A stretch of DNA of 64,000 bases from Eledone cirrhosa (GCA_964016885.1 OZ024751.1:31248001-31312000), one strand, 5' to 3'. Numbered from the stretch's first letter, positions 16,165 to 34,380 are shown. Notes: generated by a model not told the origin, from the sequence alone. Program-made: numbers and translations.

Positions 16165-16770
16165 TTTGGTATATATGGCTTGCATAGAGGGAATGGGGTA
16201 AAACTGAGTTACACGGCATTGTAGTATATGTCTGAGGTACTGGAGAATTAAGTAAAATTGAGCACCAAAGCATTGTGGTTTTATGTTTTAAGGTATTGGA
16301 AAATGGGGTATAACTGAGCCATACAGCATTGTTGTATATGTCTGAGGTACTTGAGAATGGGGTAAAATTGAGTCACACAGCATTGTTGTATGTTTTAAGG
16401 TATTGGAGAATGCGGTAGAATTAAATACTGAGGCACTATGGTATATGTCTGAGGTATTGGAGAATGAACTTCAAAGACAAACAAAAACAAACTGAAAGTA
16501 TGCACTATATATCATCATCACCATCATCATTTAATATCAGTTTTCTCTGATCAACAACAGAAATCTGGGGCTATACAACAAGAGTAATAACAACAGTAGA
16601 AATGTAGGTTATACAACAACAGAAATGTGGGATACACAACAGAAATGTGGGGTTATACAACAACAGGAACACGTGGGTTATAAAACTGTAACAACAGATG
16701 TAGGCTATACAACAACAGTAACACCAGAAATGCAGAGTTATGCAACAACCTGAACAACATGGAAAACTAA
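16165..16770. repeat. Degenerate minisatellites (about 62-bp unit, then about 23-bp unit)
   Basis: Recurrent GCATTGTnGTATATGTCTGAGGTA and ATACAACAACAGAAATGT. Confidence 0.7.
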
Positions 16771-17767
16771 GTGAAAAACTGGATGAATCATTGAAAAAAA
16801 GGTTAAAAATATAGTGTGAGACACTGGCTGATTCTCTTTGAAGCTGAGTAAGCAATGTAGTAATGAGTTTATTGATTACAATATATATATATATTGTTGT
16901 TGTTGTACTGTTTCATTATACATACATGCACAATATATATTGTTATACTGTAACTTCTTTTTCCTCACACATGCACACACACAAACATTACAATATATAT
17001 TGTACAATAATTCTTTAATCACATACATATACATACACACATACATTACAACAGTATATATTGTAGTACTGTAACAACAGTTTCATCACATAAATACATG
17101 CATACAAATATGCATGTATGTATACACACATAGATTAGGCAGGTAGAGGTAGATGGTGGGGGCAAGGATGAATTGCTTTTATTTTTAATCTTTGCCTTTA
17201 GTTTATGTTTTTGTCTTCTTTTTCTTAATTATGATTATTAAACTCCTGTAATGATTTAGCAGAAAATGTCTAAAACAGGTGTTTGTTAATTCAAATGTTT
17301 ATAATATCTTTACCAGTGGACAGATTGTTGTGAAAATTTGCAGTATTAACTCTTAATATCCTGTAATTATTTAACAGAAAATATCTGACAACAAGTTTGT
17401 TAATTTAAATGTTTATAGTATATTTACTAGCAGACAGATCTTAGTGAAAATTTGCAGTATTAACTCTTAACTTTCTGTAATGAGTTAGCAGAAAATGTCT
17501 AAAAATAAACAAATTTGAAAATTAGAAAACGTTTGCATTTGGAATGAAAAGACACTGCAATTCTAAATTGTAATTTGCGTCTCTATTCTGTCCGCCAGGG
17601 CCACGGAGCAGCTAGCTCATGGACCCTAATTTGCTAATAATAGTGAGAGATGGGGAAAGACGGAGGCAGTGACAGTGGGAGTTTGGTTCCTTTGTGTTCG
17701 GACCTGGAGTATATGTATATGTTTCATGGACACACACTCACATCTATCTGAATTTCATTATATAAGA

Positions 17768-18087
17768 CAGAGGTTCTCAAACTTTTGGGGCCTCCCCTCC
17801 CCTCACGGCCATGTAATAACCTCAGCACCCCCACCCCTATTTCCAGAGAGACCTGTCTACAAGCAAATAATAAATAATATATAATAAAAATCGTTAATCT
17901 ATATATAATAAATAATATAATATATACTATGTATAAATAAATATATATATTTTTAATTTACTATCTTTATATATAATATATATCATTTGATATTTAATAT
18001 ACTATTATATCATCTCTACTGCCCACCGACCCTTGGACCTTCTCAATGCCCCCCAGGGTGTGGTAGCACCCACTTTGAGGACCTCTG
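17768..18087. mobile_element. hAT (Charlie-like) MITE with intact 8-bp TSD
   Basis: TIRs CAGAGGTTCTCAAA / TTTGAGGACCTCTG; ATATAAGA duplicated on both sides. Confidence 0.92.
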
Positions 18088-18369
18088 ATATAAGATATTG
18101 AATAAGTCATAAGTGGAAAATGTCTTAAGTACACAGCCATACATGTGTTTACATTAATTGACAAAATTGGTGGCCGCTGGACATAAATAAACAATTATTT
18201 AAAAAATAGGTAAATTATATTTAAAAAGACAAAACAAAAATGAAGAAGTTCCAGAATATCGGAAAAAAATAAAACAAAAAAAAAAAGTTCAATAAACAAA
18301 CAAGATAAAAAACACTCCTCCCACCCAACTACACAGTCTTCAAATTTCTCTGGTAATTAAATAGTTATA

Positions 18370-18872
<503 letters not shown>

Positions 18873-19019
18873 TCCTTAAGTCAGATCAGTTACGTCATCA
18901 CAGCAATTGTGAGCCATGTACAGGTATCAATAACAACAACATGAGAGGAGGGTGGGAGGTAGATGATTTGAGAAGGGTGGAGAGTCTATAGGTAGCCTCA
19001 TGGCTTCTGTTTTAACTCT

Positions 19020-19315
19020 GTCCACCCAATCCACCCAGCCACCCAGTCTTAACCCACCCACCCTTGTCCCACACCAGTCCACCCAGTCTTAACCCACCCA
19101 CCCTTGTCCCATCCAGTCCACCCAGTCTTAACCCACCCACCCTTGTCCCACACCAGTCCACCCTGTCTTAACCCACCCACCTTGTCCCACACCCATCCAC
19201 CCAGTCTTAACCCACCCACCCTTGTCCCACACCCATCCACCCTTGTCCCACACCCACCCACCCTTGTCCCACACCAGTCCACCCTGTCTTAACCCACCCA
19301 CCCTTGTCCACCCCA
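19020..19315. repeat. C-rich minisatellite of about 44 bp (G-rich on minus strand)
   Basis: CCAGTCTTAACCCACCCACCCTTGTCCCACA units. Confidence 0.85.
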
Positions 19316-19466
19316 ATCCTATTCCCTCACACTAAACTAGTAACTTTAGCAATGGTGTTATTTTAGTAAATTAACTGAAATAACTAAGGCTGTATAGTGT
19401 GGGGGGTGAGGGTTAGATGGAGATAGAGACAGACAGCTAGACAGAGAGACAGAGAGACAGAGAGAC

Positions 19467-19509
<43 letters not shown>

Positions 19510-19532
19510 ACTAGGAAAGAGACCAGTTATGT

Positions 19533-19850
19533 ATCATCATCATTGTCATCGTTTAACCTCCATTTCCTACACTAGCATGGGTTAGACAAGCTGTCCATTG
19601 TAAGACAAGCCAAGTCAGAGAACCATGTTTTGCTCACATAGAACTGATTTGGGCTTGGTTTCTGCAGCTGGATGCCCTTCCTAACGCAACGGCATTTACA
19701 GTGTGTCCTGGGTGCTTTTTATTGTGATACCTACACAACCACCTTACAGTGTGGGCTGGGTGCTTTTGTCGGGACACCTACACAACCACTTTACAGGATA
19801 TACTAGGTGTATATTCATCATCGTTTTTACATCTGCTTTTCCACGCTTGT
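19533..19850 (-). mobile_element. RTE-type 3' UTR fragments
   Basis: CATCATC...CTAGCATGGGTTAGAC...GGATGCCCTTCCTAAC. Confidence 0.75.
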
Positions 19851-19876
19851 ATGTATGTATATATATATAATATATG

Positions 19877-19914
<38 letters not shown>

Positions 19915-20012
19915 GTATGTATGTATATATATATATATATTATATATGTATGTATATATATATATTATATATGTATGTATATATATATATATATATATAT
20001 TATATATGTATG

Positions 20013-20046
<34 letters not shown>

Positions 20047-20419
20047 ATATATATATATTATATATGTATGTATATATATATATATATATATTATATATGT
20101 ATGTATATATATATATATATATTATATATGTATGTATATATATATATATTATATATGTATGTATATATATATATATTATATATGTATGTATATATATATA
20201 TATTATATATGTATGTATATATATATATATTATATATGTATGTATATATATATATATTATATATGTATAATATATACAAGGGCGGTGCCCCAGCATGGCC
20301 TCAGCCGGATGGCTGAAACAGGTAAAAGAGTAAAAGAGTATGTATATATATATATATTATATATGTATGTATATATATATATATTATATATGTATGTATA
20401 TATATATATATTATATATG

Positions 20420-20480
<61 letters not shown>

Positions 20481-21164
20481 CGGTGGGGGAGATTGTGTGT
20501 GTGAGAAAGATAGAGAAAGTGAGTGTGTGTGAGAGAAAGTGTGTATATGTGTGTGAGAGAGAAAAAGATTGTGCATGTGTGTATGAGAGAGAGTGCGTTT
20601 GTGTGAGAGAATATATTTTCTCAACATAGGATGGCAACAACACTGAAAAAAACCTGTCTTGGTTTGTTTTATATACTGTCTCATAATATTAACACCACCA
20701 TTACCACTGCCACCACCATTACCACTGCCACCACCATTATCACCACCACCATTACCCCCACAACTATTAACACCAACACCACCAACACCACCATTACCAT
20801 AACCACAACTATTACCACCACCACCATTACCACCACAACCACCACAACAACAACCACCACCACCACCACCACTACCTCCACCCAACACCACCACCACCAT
20901 CACCACTATTTCCCACAAATCACACCTTACCATTTAAAAAAAAAAGGAAATGACACATTAAATAATGTAGTCCTAGATACCTCCTTCCAATAAAAAAGAA
21001 GACAGGGTGATCATAGTTAGAATGTCTTTGTTCATATGTCAACGTAATCGGGGTTGACCTGGGGTTAATCAATAACAACATTATCATCCTCCTCTTCACT
21101 ATTTTACACCCAATTTCCATAGACAGGTCTTCCATATTTGGCATGGTTTCTGTCGCTGGATGTG

Positions 21165-21346
21165 TTTTTTCATGGCACCAACATTTCCATTTTAAAGAGT
21201 GTACTAGGTGTATTTTATCATGGCACCAGCACTACCACTTTACAGAGTGTACTAGGTGTATTTTATCATGGCACCAGCACTACCACTTTACAGAGTGTAC
21301 TAGGTGTATTTTATCATGGCACCAGCACTACCACTTTACAGAGTGT
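21165..21346. repeat. 48-bp minisatellite derived from an RTE 3' UTR motif
   Basis: GGCACCAGCACTACCACTTTACAGAGTGTACTAGGTGTATTTTATCAT x3-4; same unit inverted at 50840-51290. Confidence 0.8.
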
Positions 21347-22099
21347 GTGTAAAACAACATCATAGCACTATTGTGACATGATACATTATGTAAGACAACA
21401 TCATAGCACTATTGCGACATGTCATATGATGTAAGATATCATAGCTCAGTTGTGAGATGTTAGCAATCCATGGTGATAAGTGCAGCACTGCAGATGATCC
21501 CAGATCATAGTTCAGTTGGGAAGTGTCATGTGATGTAAGACATCATAACACAGTGGTGAAATACTAACATCACAGATGATCCCAAATCATAGCTCAGTTG
21601 TGAGGTGTCATATGATGTAACATCATAACACAGTTGTGAGATATTAACACTACAGATGATTCCAGATCATAGCTCACTTGTGAGGTGTTATATGATGTAA
21701 CACATCATAGCTCAGTTGTGACATGTCACATGATATTAAAACATCATAACTCACTTGTGAGGTGTTATATGATGTAAGACATCATACACAGTTGTGTTAA
21801 GTTTAGTACCATAGATGATCTCAGATTAAAAAGTTTGTAAACAGTTTTAGTCAGATTAGGATTTGTTTCTTTAGAGATTAACTTGATACATACACACACA
21901 TATGCACATGCACACATACATATGCACCTGCACAGACATGTATGCATATACACACACACACACATATATATGCAAACACCTGCACACACATATGTTTGCA
22001 TATATATTGTACATAATATATATGTATATATATTGTATATATATGTATATATATAGTATATATATTGTACATAATGAACAAGAGGAAAAGAACAGGGAC

Positions 22100-22535
22100 C
22101 TTTTTTGTCATGATACCAGCACTACAACAGTACAGAGTGGACTGGGTGCTTTTTGTCATAGCACCAGCATTGCAGTGGTCATCTAGGTGTCACAAGAAAA
22201 AGCACCCAATCCACACTGTAAAGTGGTCATTTTTGGTGCCATGATAAAAAGCACCCAGTCCACACTGTATAGTGGTCATATAGGTGTCACAAGAAAAAGC
22301 ACCCAGTTCATACTGTAAAGTGGTTGTGTAGGTGACATGACAAAAATCACCCAGTCTACGCTGTAAATGTGGTTGGTATTAGAAAGGGCATCCAACCATA
22401 GAAACCAGGCTAGAAAAAGTTCTGTAAGAGCAAGACATGATCACCTGATCTGACTTGTCTCACAATGAGACAATTCGTCTAACCCATGCTAGCGTGGAAA
22501 AATGGATGTTAAACAGTTATGATGATGATGATGAT
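22100..22535 (+). mobile_element. RTE-type 3' UTR with internal tandem copies and an inverted 5' piece
   Basis: AAAAAGCACCCAGTCCACACTGTAAAGTGG repeats ending CCCATGCTAGCGTGGAAAATGGATGTTAAAC..(GAT)n. Confidence 0.7.
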
Positions 22536-23767
22536 ATATACATTGATTGAACATATCAATAACTTTATATAGTTATGTATTGATTATTCCTTACATGTTA
22601 ACATATGGGGAACACACACACACACACACACACACACCATGCGCAGACAGTTACACACACACACACACACACACACACCATGAGGAGACAATTACATATA
22701 CTTACATATAGATTAAAAAAAGGAGAGATGTGTGTTGGACAATCACAGACACAGATGTGTGTTGGCTGTGTGTGTGTTGGCTAACACACATCTCTGTGTG
22801 CGATTGTACGTGTGTGTGTGTATGTGTGTGTGTCTGTGGTGGACTATCACACACAGATGTGTACTATGAAAAAGGGGACCTGAAAAAGGGGAGAAATGAG
22901 GCAAAATGGGGAGATTTTACATAACGAAAGAAATACCCATCTTTACAAGAGAGGACATCTCTCATCCACACCAAAGTGGGTGGGAGATGTCCCCGTCTGA
23001 CGGTGTGTTGTAGCTGTATGTGTGTGTGTGTGTGTGTGTTCAACCATCACACAAACACGTGTAGTGGCTAAGTGTATGTGTGTGGTGGACCATCACATAC
23101 ACATAGCAACTACATACACACGCACATAGCCACCACATACACACATGTGGTGGTGGCTATGTGGTGTGTGTGTGTGACCACCACACTCACACAGCTGATG
23201 TGGCTGTGTGTGAGAGATGATGGCTATCTGTCTGTGACAGTGACCATCTGTGCAATAGACATAATCACAGACAGATAGCCATCATAGTTAGCCATCACAC
23301 ACAGACAGATAGCCATCATAGTTAGCCATCACACACAGACAGATAGCCATCACAAGCAGAGAGATAGCCATCACTTGACTAAACTGACCACCAATTCCTT
23401 AGACATCACACATACACACACAGCAAACCATCACACACAGCTAGCCATCACACATACAGATAGCCGTCACACACATACACAGGTAGCCATCATACACACA
23501 CAGCTAACCATCACACACACAGATAGCCATCACACACACAGACATATAGCTAGCCATCACATACACACAGACACACAGCTAGCCATCATACACACACACA
23601 CACACACGCATAGATAGCCATCACCCACCCCCCACACACAGAGCTAGCCATCACAGCCAGTCATCTCCTGACTATGTGTCCCACTCAGTCCTGAGTCATC
23701 CCTGTTAGTCATCACATGACAAGATGGATGTCATCCTTACTTCTTATATTACTCTTTAGCTACATAC

Positions 23768-24140
23768 ATCATCATCATAAACAATAACATTATAAACAAC
23801 ATCAACAACATTCACATCATTATCATAAACATCAGCAACATCATCATCAGCAACATCTCCATCTCCATCACCATCATCAACATCAACATCAACATCAACA
23901 TCAACATCAACATCAACATCATCACCATCAACATCATCACCATCATCACCACCATCACCATCACCATCACCATCATTACCATCACCATCATCATCACCAT
24001 CACCATCATCATCACCATCACCATCACCATCACCATCATACCATAAACATCATCATCATCATCATCATCAACAACATCAACAGTAACAACATCAACATCA
24101 TAAACAACAACACCACCAATATCACCAACATTTAACATCC
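23768..24140. repeat. (CAT/CAC/CAA)n trinucleotide repeat
   Basis: Direct inspection. Confidence 0.9.
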
Positions 24141-24159
24141 ATTATTGCAAGGGTTGGAT

Positions 24160-24650
24160 AGGTCATAGCTAGTAATGTTACCATGATATTGGCTAAACAC
24201 ACACTCTACTCTACTTGACCTTTATATTAGGTAATTGGGTCATATCTAATGACCTTGCAGATGGGCTGGAGAGTGTGATATTGGCTAAACACACACTCTA
24301 CTGTATCTGATCTCTTGACCTTTAAATTGGGCAATAGAGTCATAGCTAGTGACCTCACAGACAGGTTGTAGAGGCCATGTCATTGACTAAAGATACACCA
24401 TACTGTACCTGACCTCTTGACCTTTGAATTAGGCAGGTCATATCTAGTGACCTTGCAGATGGGTTATAGTGACCGTGACATTGGCTAAAGATATGCCATA
24501 CACTACTTGACTTCTTGACCTTTAAATTGAGCAATAGAATCATAGCTAGTGACCTCACAAATGGGCTGTAGAGGCCATGACATTGGTTAAAAATACACCA
24601 TACTATATTTGACCTCTTGACCTTTAAATTAGGCAGGTCATAGCTATTAA
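24160..24650. repeat. Degenerate tandem repeat of about 90-100 bp
   Basis: Recurrent CTTGACCTTTAAATT..GGTCATAGCTAGTGACC..ATTGGCTAAA. Confidence 0.7.
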
Positions 24651-24739
24651 ATGCTGGGTTAGATTCCACTGAATGATATCTTCCCATGGCTTATGAGTGA
24701 AACTAGGGAACCAAAAACTGTTTGTACTCTGTTGGGTGA

Positions 24740-24990
24740 ACTGTACCTGTAATTCAAAGGGCCAGCTTTGTTACACATTGTCTCATAGTGAATCTCCCCG
24801 AGAATTACATTAAGGGTACACGTGTCTGTGGAATACTCAGCCACTTACACCATAATACAAGATGAACTGTACTTGAAATTCAAATGTGCAGCCTTGTCAC
24901 ACATTGTCTCTCATGCAGAATCTCCCTGACAAATATGTTAAGGAATGCTCAGCCACTTAGACATTAATTTCATGAGCAAGGTGTGTCCTA
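24740..24990 (-). mobile_element. SINE central-domain fragments (cephalopod-type), two tandem copies
   Basis: Minus strand GTGGCTGAGTATTCCACAGACACGTGTACCCTTAATGTAATTCTCGGGGAGATTCA...GGCCCTTTGAATTACAGGTAC; similar to 52430-52480 (+). Confidence 0.6.
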
Positions 24991-25206
24991 TGGATTGAAC
25001 ACCTTTAACACTCATTATCGAAAGTGACTGCGGTGGGTGCATTCCCAAATCTATCAGGGTGATTGGCAACTGCTTACAGTGTTAATCATCTGAAGGTAGG
25101 TGAACTGGGTCATGATATATATATATATTATATTGGATATGAATTGAGTGTGTATGTATATATATGTGTGTGTGTATGTATATATATTATATGTACGTGT
25201 GTGTAT

Positions 25207-25640
25207 GTACTCAGTAACAGAGAAGACCCGCCTTACCTAAATATATAGTAAAACCTACTCCAGCCAGTAGGCATCTCTAACAAAATACACCCCGTCCCAC
25301 CACCACCACCCCCACCCGATCCACACCACCCCGTTCTATGTAAAGTTATGTTGGTGCCGCGCCATCGAGGCCAAAACAAATGAGATCGTGTAGGTGTCAC
25401 GACAAAAAAACACACAGTCCACGCTGTAATGTGGCCGTGTAGGCAACACGGTAAAAACCTCCCAGACCCACACTGTAAATGTGGTTGGTGTTAGGAAGGG
25501 CATCCAACTGTAGAAAACCTGCCAGACAGTCCTATGCGAGCAAGACAATCACTCTTGCCTCAAGTGGGACTACCCCCGTCCAAACCCATGCAAGCGTGGA
25601 ACACGGACGTTAAACGTTGATGATGATGATGATGATGATA
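25207..25640 (+). mobile_element. RTE LINE 3' UTR, near-identical to 38370-38797
   Basis: Shared sequence through CCCATGCAAGCGTGGAACACGGACGTTAAACG(TGA)n. Confidence 0.88.
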
Positions 25641-26254
25641 TATATATACATACACACACACACAAGAGTGGCATACAGACAGACATGATTCAACTTATTT
25701 ATATAGATATATGGTGGTGTTATTAAATTAGACATGGCCTGGGCCAATACTGGCCGAAGGTTATCAAAGTTACATATGTGAATCTAATATAACTGTGTAT
25801 AATGGCCTCCTGTGTTTTGTTTGTTCATTTTCAACTATATACATATATATATATAAAATATGTAGTTTAGAAAGCCACAACAATGCAGATGGGAAATCTC
25901 GAGGTAAGAAGTGAGTGAGAAATAGGAGAAAAGTGAAAATGAAAACAAAACAAAGGTAGAAGGGTCACCGTAGAGGAGATTTAACCTCTTGACATATATA
26001 TATAGTTGAAAATGTAGGATTGTAGGATGAGTATTTAGACTTTATTTTATTCTGAATTAAGGCTCTATTGATTTTTCCCTGGATTTCACAAAATTCTGTG
26101 GATAAGTCAATGTCGTGATTTTTTTTTTAATTGAGTTTGAATTATTTTCCCACATCTTACGTTAACTATTTTTCCATTTTGACATTATAGTCACATATAT
26201 TATGAAATACTGTTGGCTTCACGCTCACAATAATTTCTATACTTTCAACTATAT

Positions 26255-26525
26255 ATCATCATCATCATCATCATCATCGTTTAACGTCCATCTTCCATGT
26301 TTGCATGGGTTTGGACGGGAGTTTTCCCACTTGAGGCAAGATTGGTTGTCCTGCTCGTATAGGACTGTCTGGCGGGTTTTCTACGGCTGGGTACCCTTCC
26401 CAACACCAACCACGTTTACAGTGTGTACTGGGAGGTTTTTATCGTGTTACCTACACGGCCACATTACAGCGTGGACTGTGTGTTTTTTTTGTCGTGACAC
26501 CTACATTTGTTTTGGACTGGATGTT
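26255..26525 (-). mobile_element. RTE LINE 3' UTR, near-identical to 37745-38030
   Basis: (CAT)nCGTTTAACGTCCATCTTCCA...GTGACACCTACA. Confidence 0.88.
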
Positions 26526-26569
26526 GTGGTATATATATATATATATGATATATATATATATATATATAC

Positions 26570-26832
26570 ATGTATGTAAAAGGTAAACAGAAATAACAAC
26601 ACAATCGGTACAGTATATGGAAGGAATATATTAGGTTAACGCTTGAAATACCAGGAAGAGGGTCTTAACGTTTCGGACGCTAGTCCTTCATCAGAAGAAA
26701 GAATGAGAAATTAGAAAGGTTGAAGGGACGAGTGGGGTGGAATTGGAAAAAAATGTCTTTAGATAAAAATAACAGGTCCATTTATGTTGACATCTCTTGG
26801 AAAACTGTTGATGCTGGCGTTTTCTGTATGAT
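26570..26832 (-). mobile_element. Penelope-like pseudo-LTR (about 260 bp), second copy at 56750-57012
   Basis: Two highly similar copies, each containing a minimal hammerhead; flanked by (TA)n. Confidence 0.75.
26663..26698 (-). ncRNA. Minimal type I hammerhead ribozyme motif
   Basis: TCTT-CTGATGA-A-GGAC tagc GTCC-GAAAC-GTT-AAGA; stem III is only the ACGT palindrome (dimer type). Confidence 0.85.
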
Positions 26833-27314
26833 AATATATACACACACACACATATATACACACACACACATATATATACACACACAATATATATATATCA
26901 AAAGTATAAACAAGTTAAAAACTCACAATAGTCCTCTATAATCAAAATAGCTCAAGGAAAAAAATGTATCCGAGCCTTATAATACAGTAAAGAAAGACGA
27001 ACACAGATATATAACTATATGTGTTCAAATGACAAGGGACAGAAACTACCAGGGTGAAGAAAACACTGACTAAAATATTATGGTTCACAGAACTCAATCA
27101 AAAGGATAAATTGAGATATACAAACCTACCATGACAACTATCATGTATCCAGGCATTTACGGGTAGAACTGTTTTGTGTTATTTAAACACATATATACGA
27201 GTTCGTCTGTCTTTACTGTATTATATTTATATATAAATATCGGAAGCTTCCAACCGACATGGTCGCATTCTTTAAGGGTATGTCAATATTTGTTAATAAA
27301 ACTGATCTATATTA

Positions 27315-27379
27315 TATTTTATCTGATGAAAGCGCACCATAATTTGCTTTGGTGTCCTTGAAATATGTATAATGAAATA
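27315..27379 (+). ncRNA. Type I hammerhead ribozyme motif
   Basis: TATTTTAT-CTGATGA-AAG C GCACCA (10 nt) TGGTGT C CTT-GAAA-TATGTA-TA-ATGAAATA: 8-bp stem I with one G-U, AUA site, AATAAA follows. Confidence 0.85.
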
Positions 27380-27421
27380 AATATGGTTTTATAAATATAG
27401 TTTCCATTTGTTAATATATTG

Positions 27422-27454
<33 letters not shown>

Positions 27455-27843
27455 TATATATATAGTACGTTCCCATTATAGTAACAGCATGTATGTATAT
27501 AGATTATCAAATTATTATGGTGGTTGGGATGGCAGCAGCTGGGGTGGTAGTAGAGGGAAGTGGTAGAGCCACTCTTCTGTAAAATAGTTTTGTTACATAA
27601 TGCAGAACCTATGGTATGGTGACAGAATGGCATGGCAACAGGGTGACAAAGTGACAGCATATAACCCAGCACTGTTTTTGTTTTTTGGGCTTGTCCAGTA
27701 ACTTGTTGACTCAGCTAACTAACTCTATCTATCTATCTATATATATATCGTATTTTTACTCCAATAATTTGTTGAGTGCTTTATATCAGTTATAAAAATA
27801 TTTGCTTGTTGTATCCCAACAATTTAAATAGAACTTCTACATT

Positions 27844-27882
<39 letters not shown>

Positions 27883-28377
27883 CTGATTGAACAAGCAGCT
27901 TGTACACGTGTCAGTCATTCAACTGTGGCCACGCTGTCGATCATATCACAAGCCCAGTAATTCTTTGTTCGATGTTTTTGTTGAACCATGAAGTTATGGG
28001 ACATAAACAGTAAAAATATACAGACACACACACATCACATAAATACATACATATATACACATACATATGTCTACATTTATCTATATATGTATGTGTGGTA
28101 GAGGAAGACCACAAAAAATATGGGCGGAGCTGGTGAGAGCTGACCTAAGATCGCTGAAGCTTAGGAGATGACAAAGGACTATGACAAATGGAAAGATCCT
28201 GTGCTGAAGAGGACCTGTCCCACCCTTGCAAGCAAGGAAAAGCAGACTTAAAATGATGATGATATATATGTATATATAATATTTAATATAGAAATGGTTT
28301 CTACAGGACTAGAACTGTTTCATTTCAAGGAAATCGAAGTAATCTTTTACAGTTAATGCCATATGTCATGTATGTGG

Positions 28378-28447
<70 letters not shown>

Positions 28448-28741
28448 ACACACACACACACGCACGCATACGTATGGCATTTGGCTGTAAAACATTGCTT
28501 CAAACTATCCTGTCCAACTCATGACAGCATGGAAAGTGGATGTAAAAACAATAATGATACTGATGAAGATGGTGACGATGATGGTGATATATAAAGTTCA
28601 CAATGATATGGTCAAGAGACCATTAAAAATATGAAGGGGTGGTGGGAGGAAAAGTTAACAATCCATCAAAGTTATTTGCTGAGATGTTGAAAATATGTGG
28701 TGAAGTAAGGTTTACTTACTCAGTGAACCAAGTAATATTAA

Positions 28742-28852
28742 CCCTTTAGAATTTAAACCGGCTGTATCTGGCCAGAATTCTCTCATTCTGTTCAAACTGG
28801 TTGTAACTGGCTGCTCATACTAATGTTAAGGTATTGTTCTCAAAATAAATAT
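28742..28852 (+). mobile_element. piggyBac-type MITE left part (truncated), related to 57454-57679
   Basis: TTAA-CCCTTTAGAATTTAAAC...GGTATTGTTCTCAAAATAAATA shared with 57454. Confidence 0.65.
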
Positions 28853-28854
28853 CT

Positions 28855-29041
28855 TGCTGCTCTGATGAACCTGCAGGCAAACTGCTTCTGAATAGAACGT
28901 CCAAATATAACCACCAGGACTCTGTTGGTGAGGGACACTGGCCTCGTTGAACGGGATCTTCTTGCTGCGATGAGGGATCAGGAAGTGTGGAACAAGAACT
29001 TTGCTTCACCTTTGATGGAGGGATGACTCAAGAAGAAGAAA
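28855..29041 (+). mobile_element. RTE-X-like LINE extreme 3' fragment
   Basis: Reads DEPAGKLLL / RPNITTRTLLVRDTGLVERDLLAAMRDQEVW and ends in (AGA)n. Confidence 0.6.
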
Positions 29042-29153
29042 AAGATATTACACACTATGTATAGTAGAATATTGTTGTTGTTGTTTGCTTTCTGTCAATC
29101 CTAATGACCAGTATTTCAGTTTGTAAAACAACAGAACTGCCTACAAGTTGATG

Positions 29154-29237
29154 GAAGGCGTCTTTTGCTGTTTGCTGATTTGAATATTCAAATCAGCAAA
29201 CTGATATTCAAATCAGCAAACAGCGAAAGACGCCTTC
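29154..29237. repeat. 34-bp inverted repeat (hairpin) upstream of a decayed hammerhead
   Basis: GAAGGCGTCTTTTGCTGTTTGCTGATTTGAATAT / ATATTCAAATCAGCAAACAGCGAAAGACGCCTTC. Confidence 0.85.
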
Positions 29238-29283
29238 TGGACTTGTCCGACAGACAACCTTTTCCTCCCACCCCGGAAAAAAA

Positions 29284-29319
29284 CCCCAGTTGATGGATGT
29301 GAATCCGAAATATATAGGG
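29284..29319 (+). ncRNA. Decayed minimal hammerhead motif
   Basis: CCC-CAGTTGA-T-GGAT gtga ATCC-GAAA-TATA-TA-GGG; stems intact but core differs from CTGATGA at 2 positions. Confidence 0.5.
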
Positions 29320-29565
29320 ACTATTAAATCTCTCCCAAGGTAACTCTCTCTTGTATTTTTATTTTTATCCTTTTACTCTTCCCTCCATTCTACACATCTC
29401 ACACATCTTATACACACCACGCATCTCAACGTACACCCACTTACATCTCTCTCTCCACCACCGGACCTTGTTACCCGGAAATTTACCCATTTGCATTGTC
29501 GAGGCTTCCAAACGACTTATAGATATTTACTTATTGTTCCACAATGCTTCAAGCAAACTTCAATA

Positions 29566-29622
<57 letters not shown>

Positions 29623-29694
29623 ATATACATATATATACATATATATATATATATATACATACATATATATATATAAGTCTAGGACGTTTTATAT

Positions 29695-29948
29695 ATATAA
29701 GTCTAGGACGTTTTTGTGGCACCTCGTTGGTTCGAGCACCAGTTGGGATAGGAAGAAATCATCCATGAAGTCAAGAAGCGATTCCACTGCTTCCCTGTCA
29801 GAGGCTGAGGCAGAAGAACCTGGTGGCAGGCTGTTTGTGGGCCAGTCAACTCCGGGGAGGTTGAAGTCCCCCATCATTAAGAGGTTGTCAGGGTGACACT
29901 CTTGGATGAAACACTTTATGCTGTTGAGGCATTCCTTGAAGCATGGTA
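29695..29948 (-). mobile_element. LINE apurinic-endonuclease fragment (CR1/L2-like)
   Basis: [14 protein letters not shown]...[24 protein letters not shown]. Confidence 0.9.
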
Positions 29949-34295
<4,347 letters not shown>

Positions 34296-34380
34296 AAACT
34301 ACGGTCTTGATTATTCAATTCCAGTATTGGTAGTCATCTTGAATAATCAAAACCGTAGTGGTATGCCATATTTCAAATCA

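Noticed and set aside
28203-28222. CTGAAGA-GGAC-CT-GTCC
   Set aside because: No GAAA follows; lies within an RTE 3' end.
28815-29009. Minus-strand 64-aa ORF as a host exon; CTGATGA at 28862
   Set aside because: Better explained as a plus-strand RTE-X C-terminus; no hammerhead GAAA or stems.
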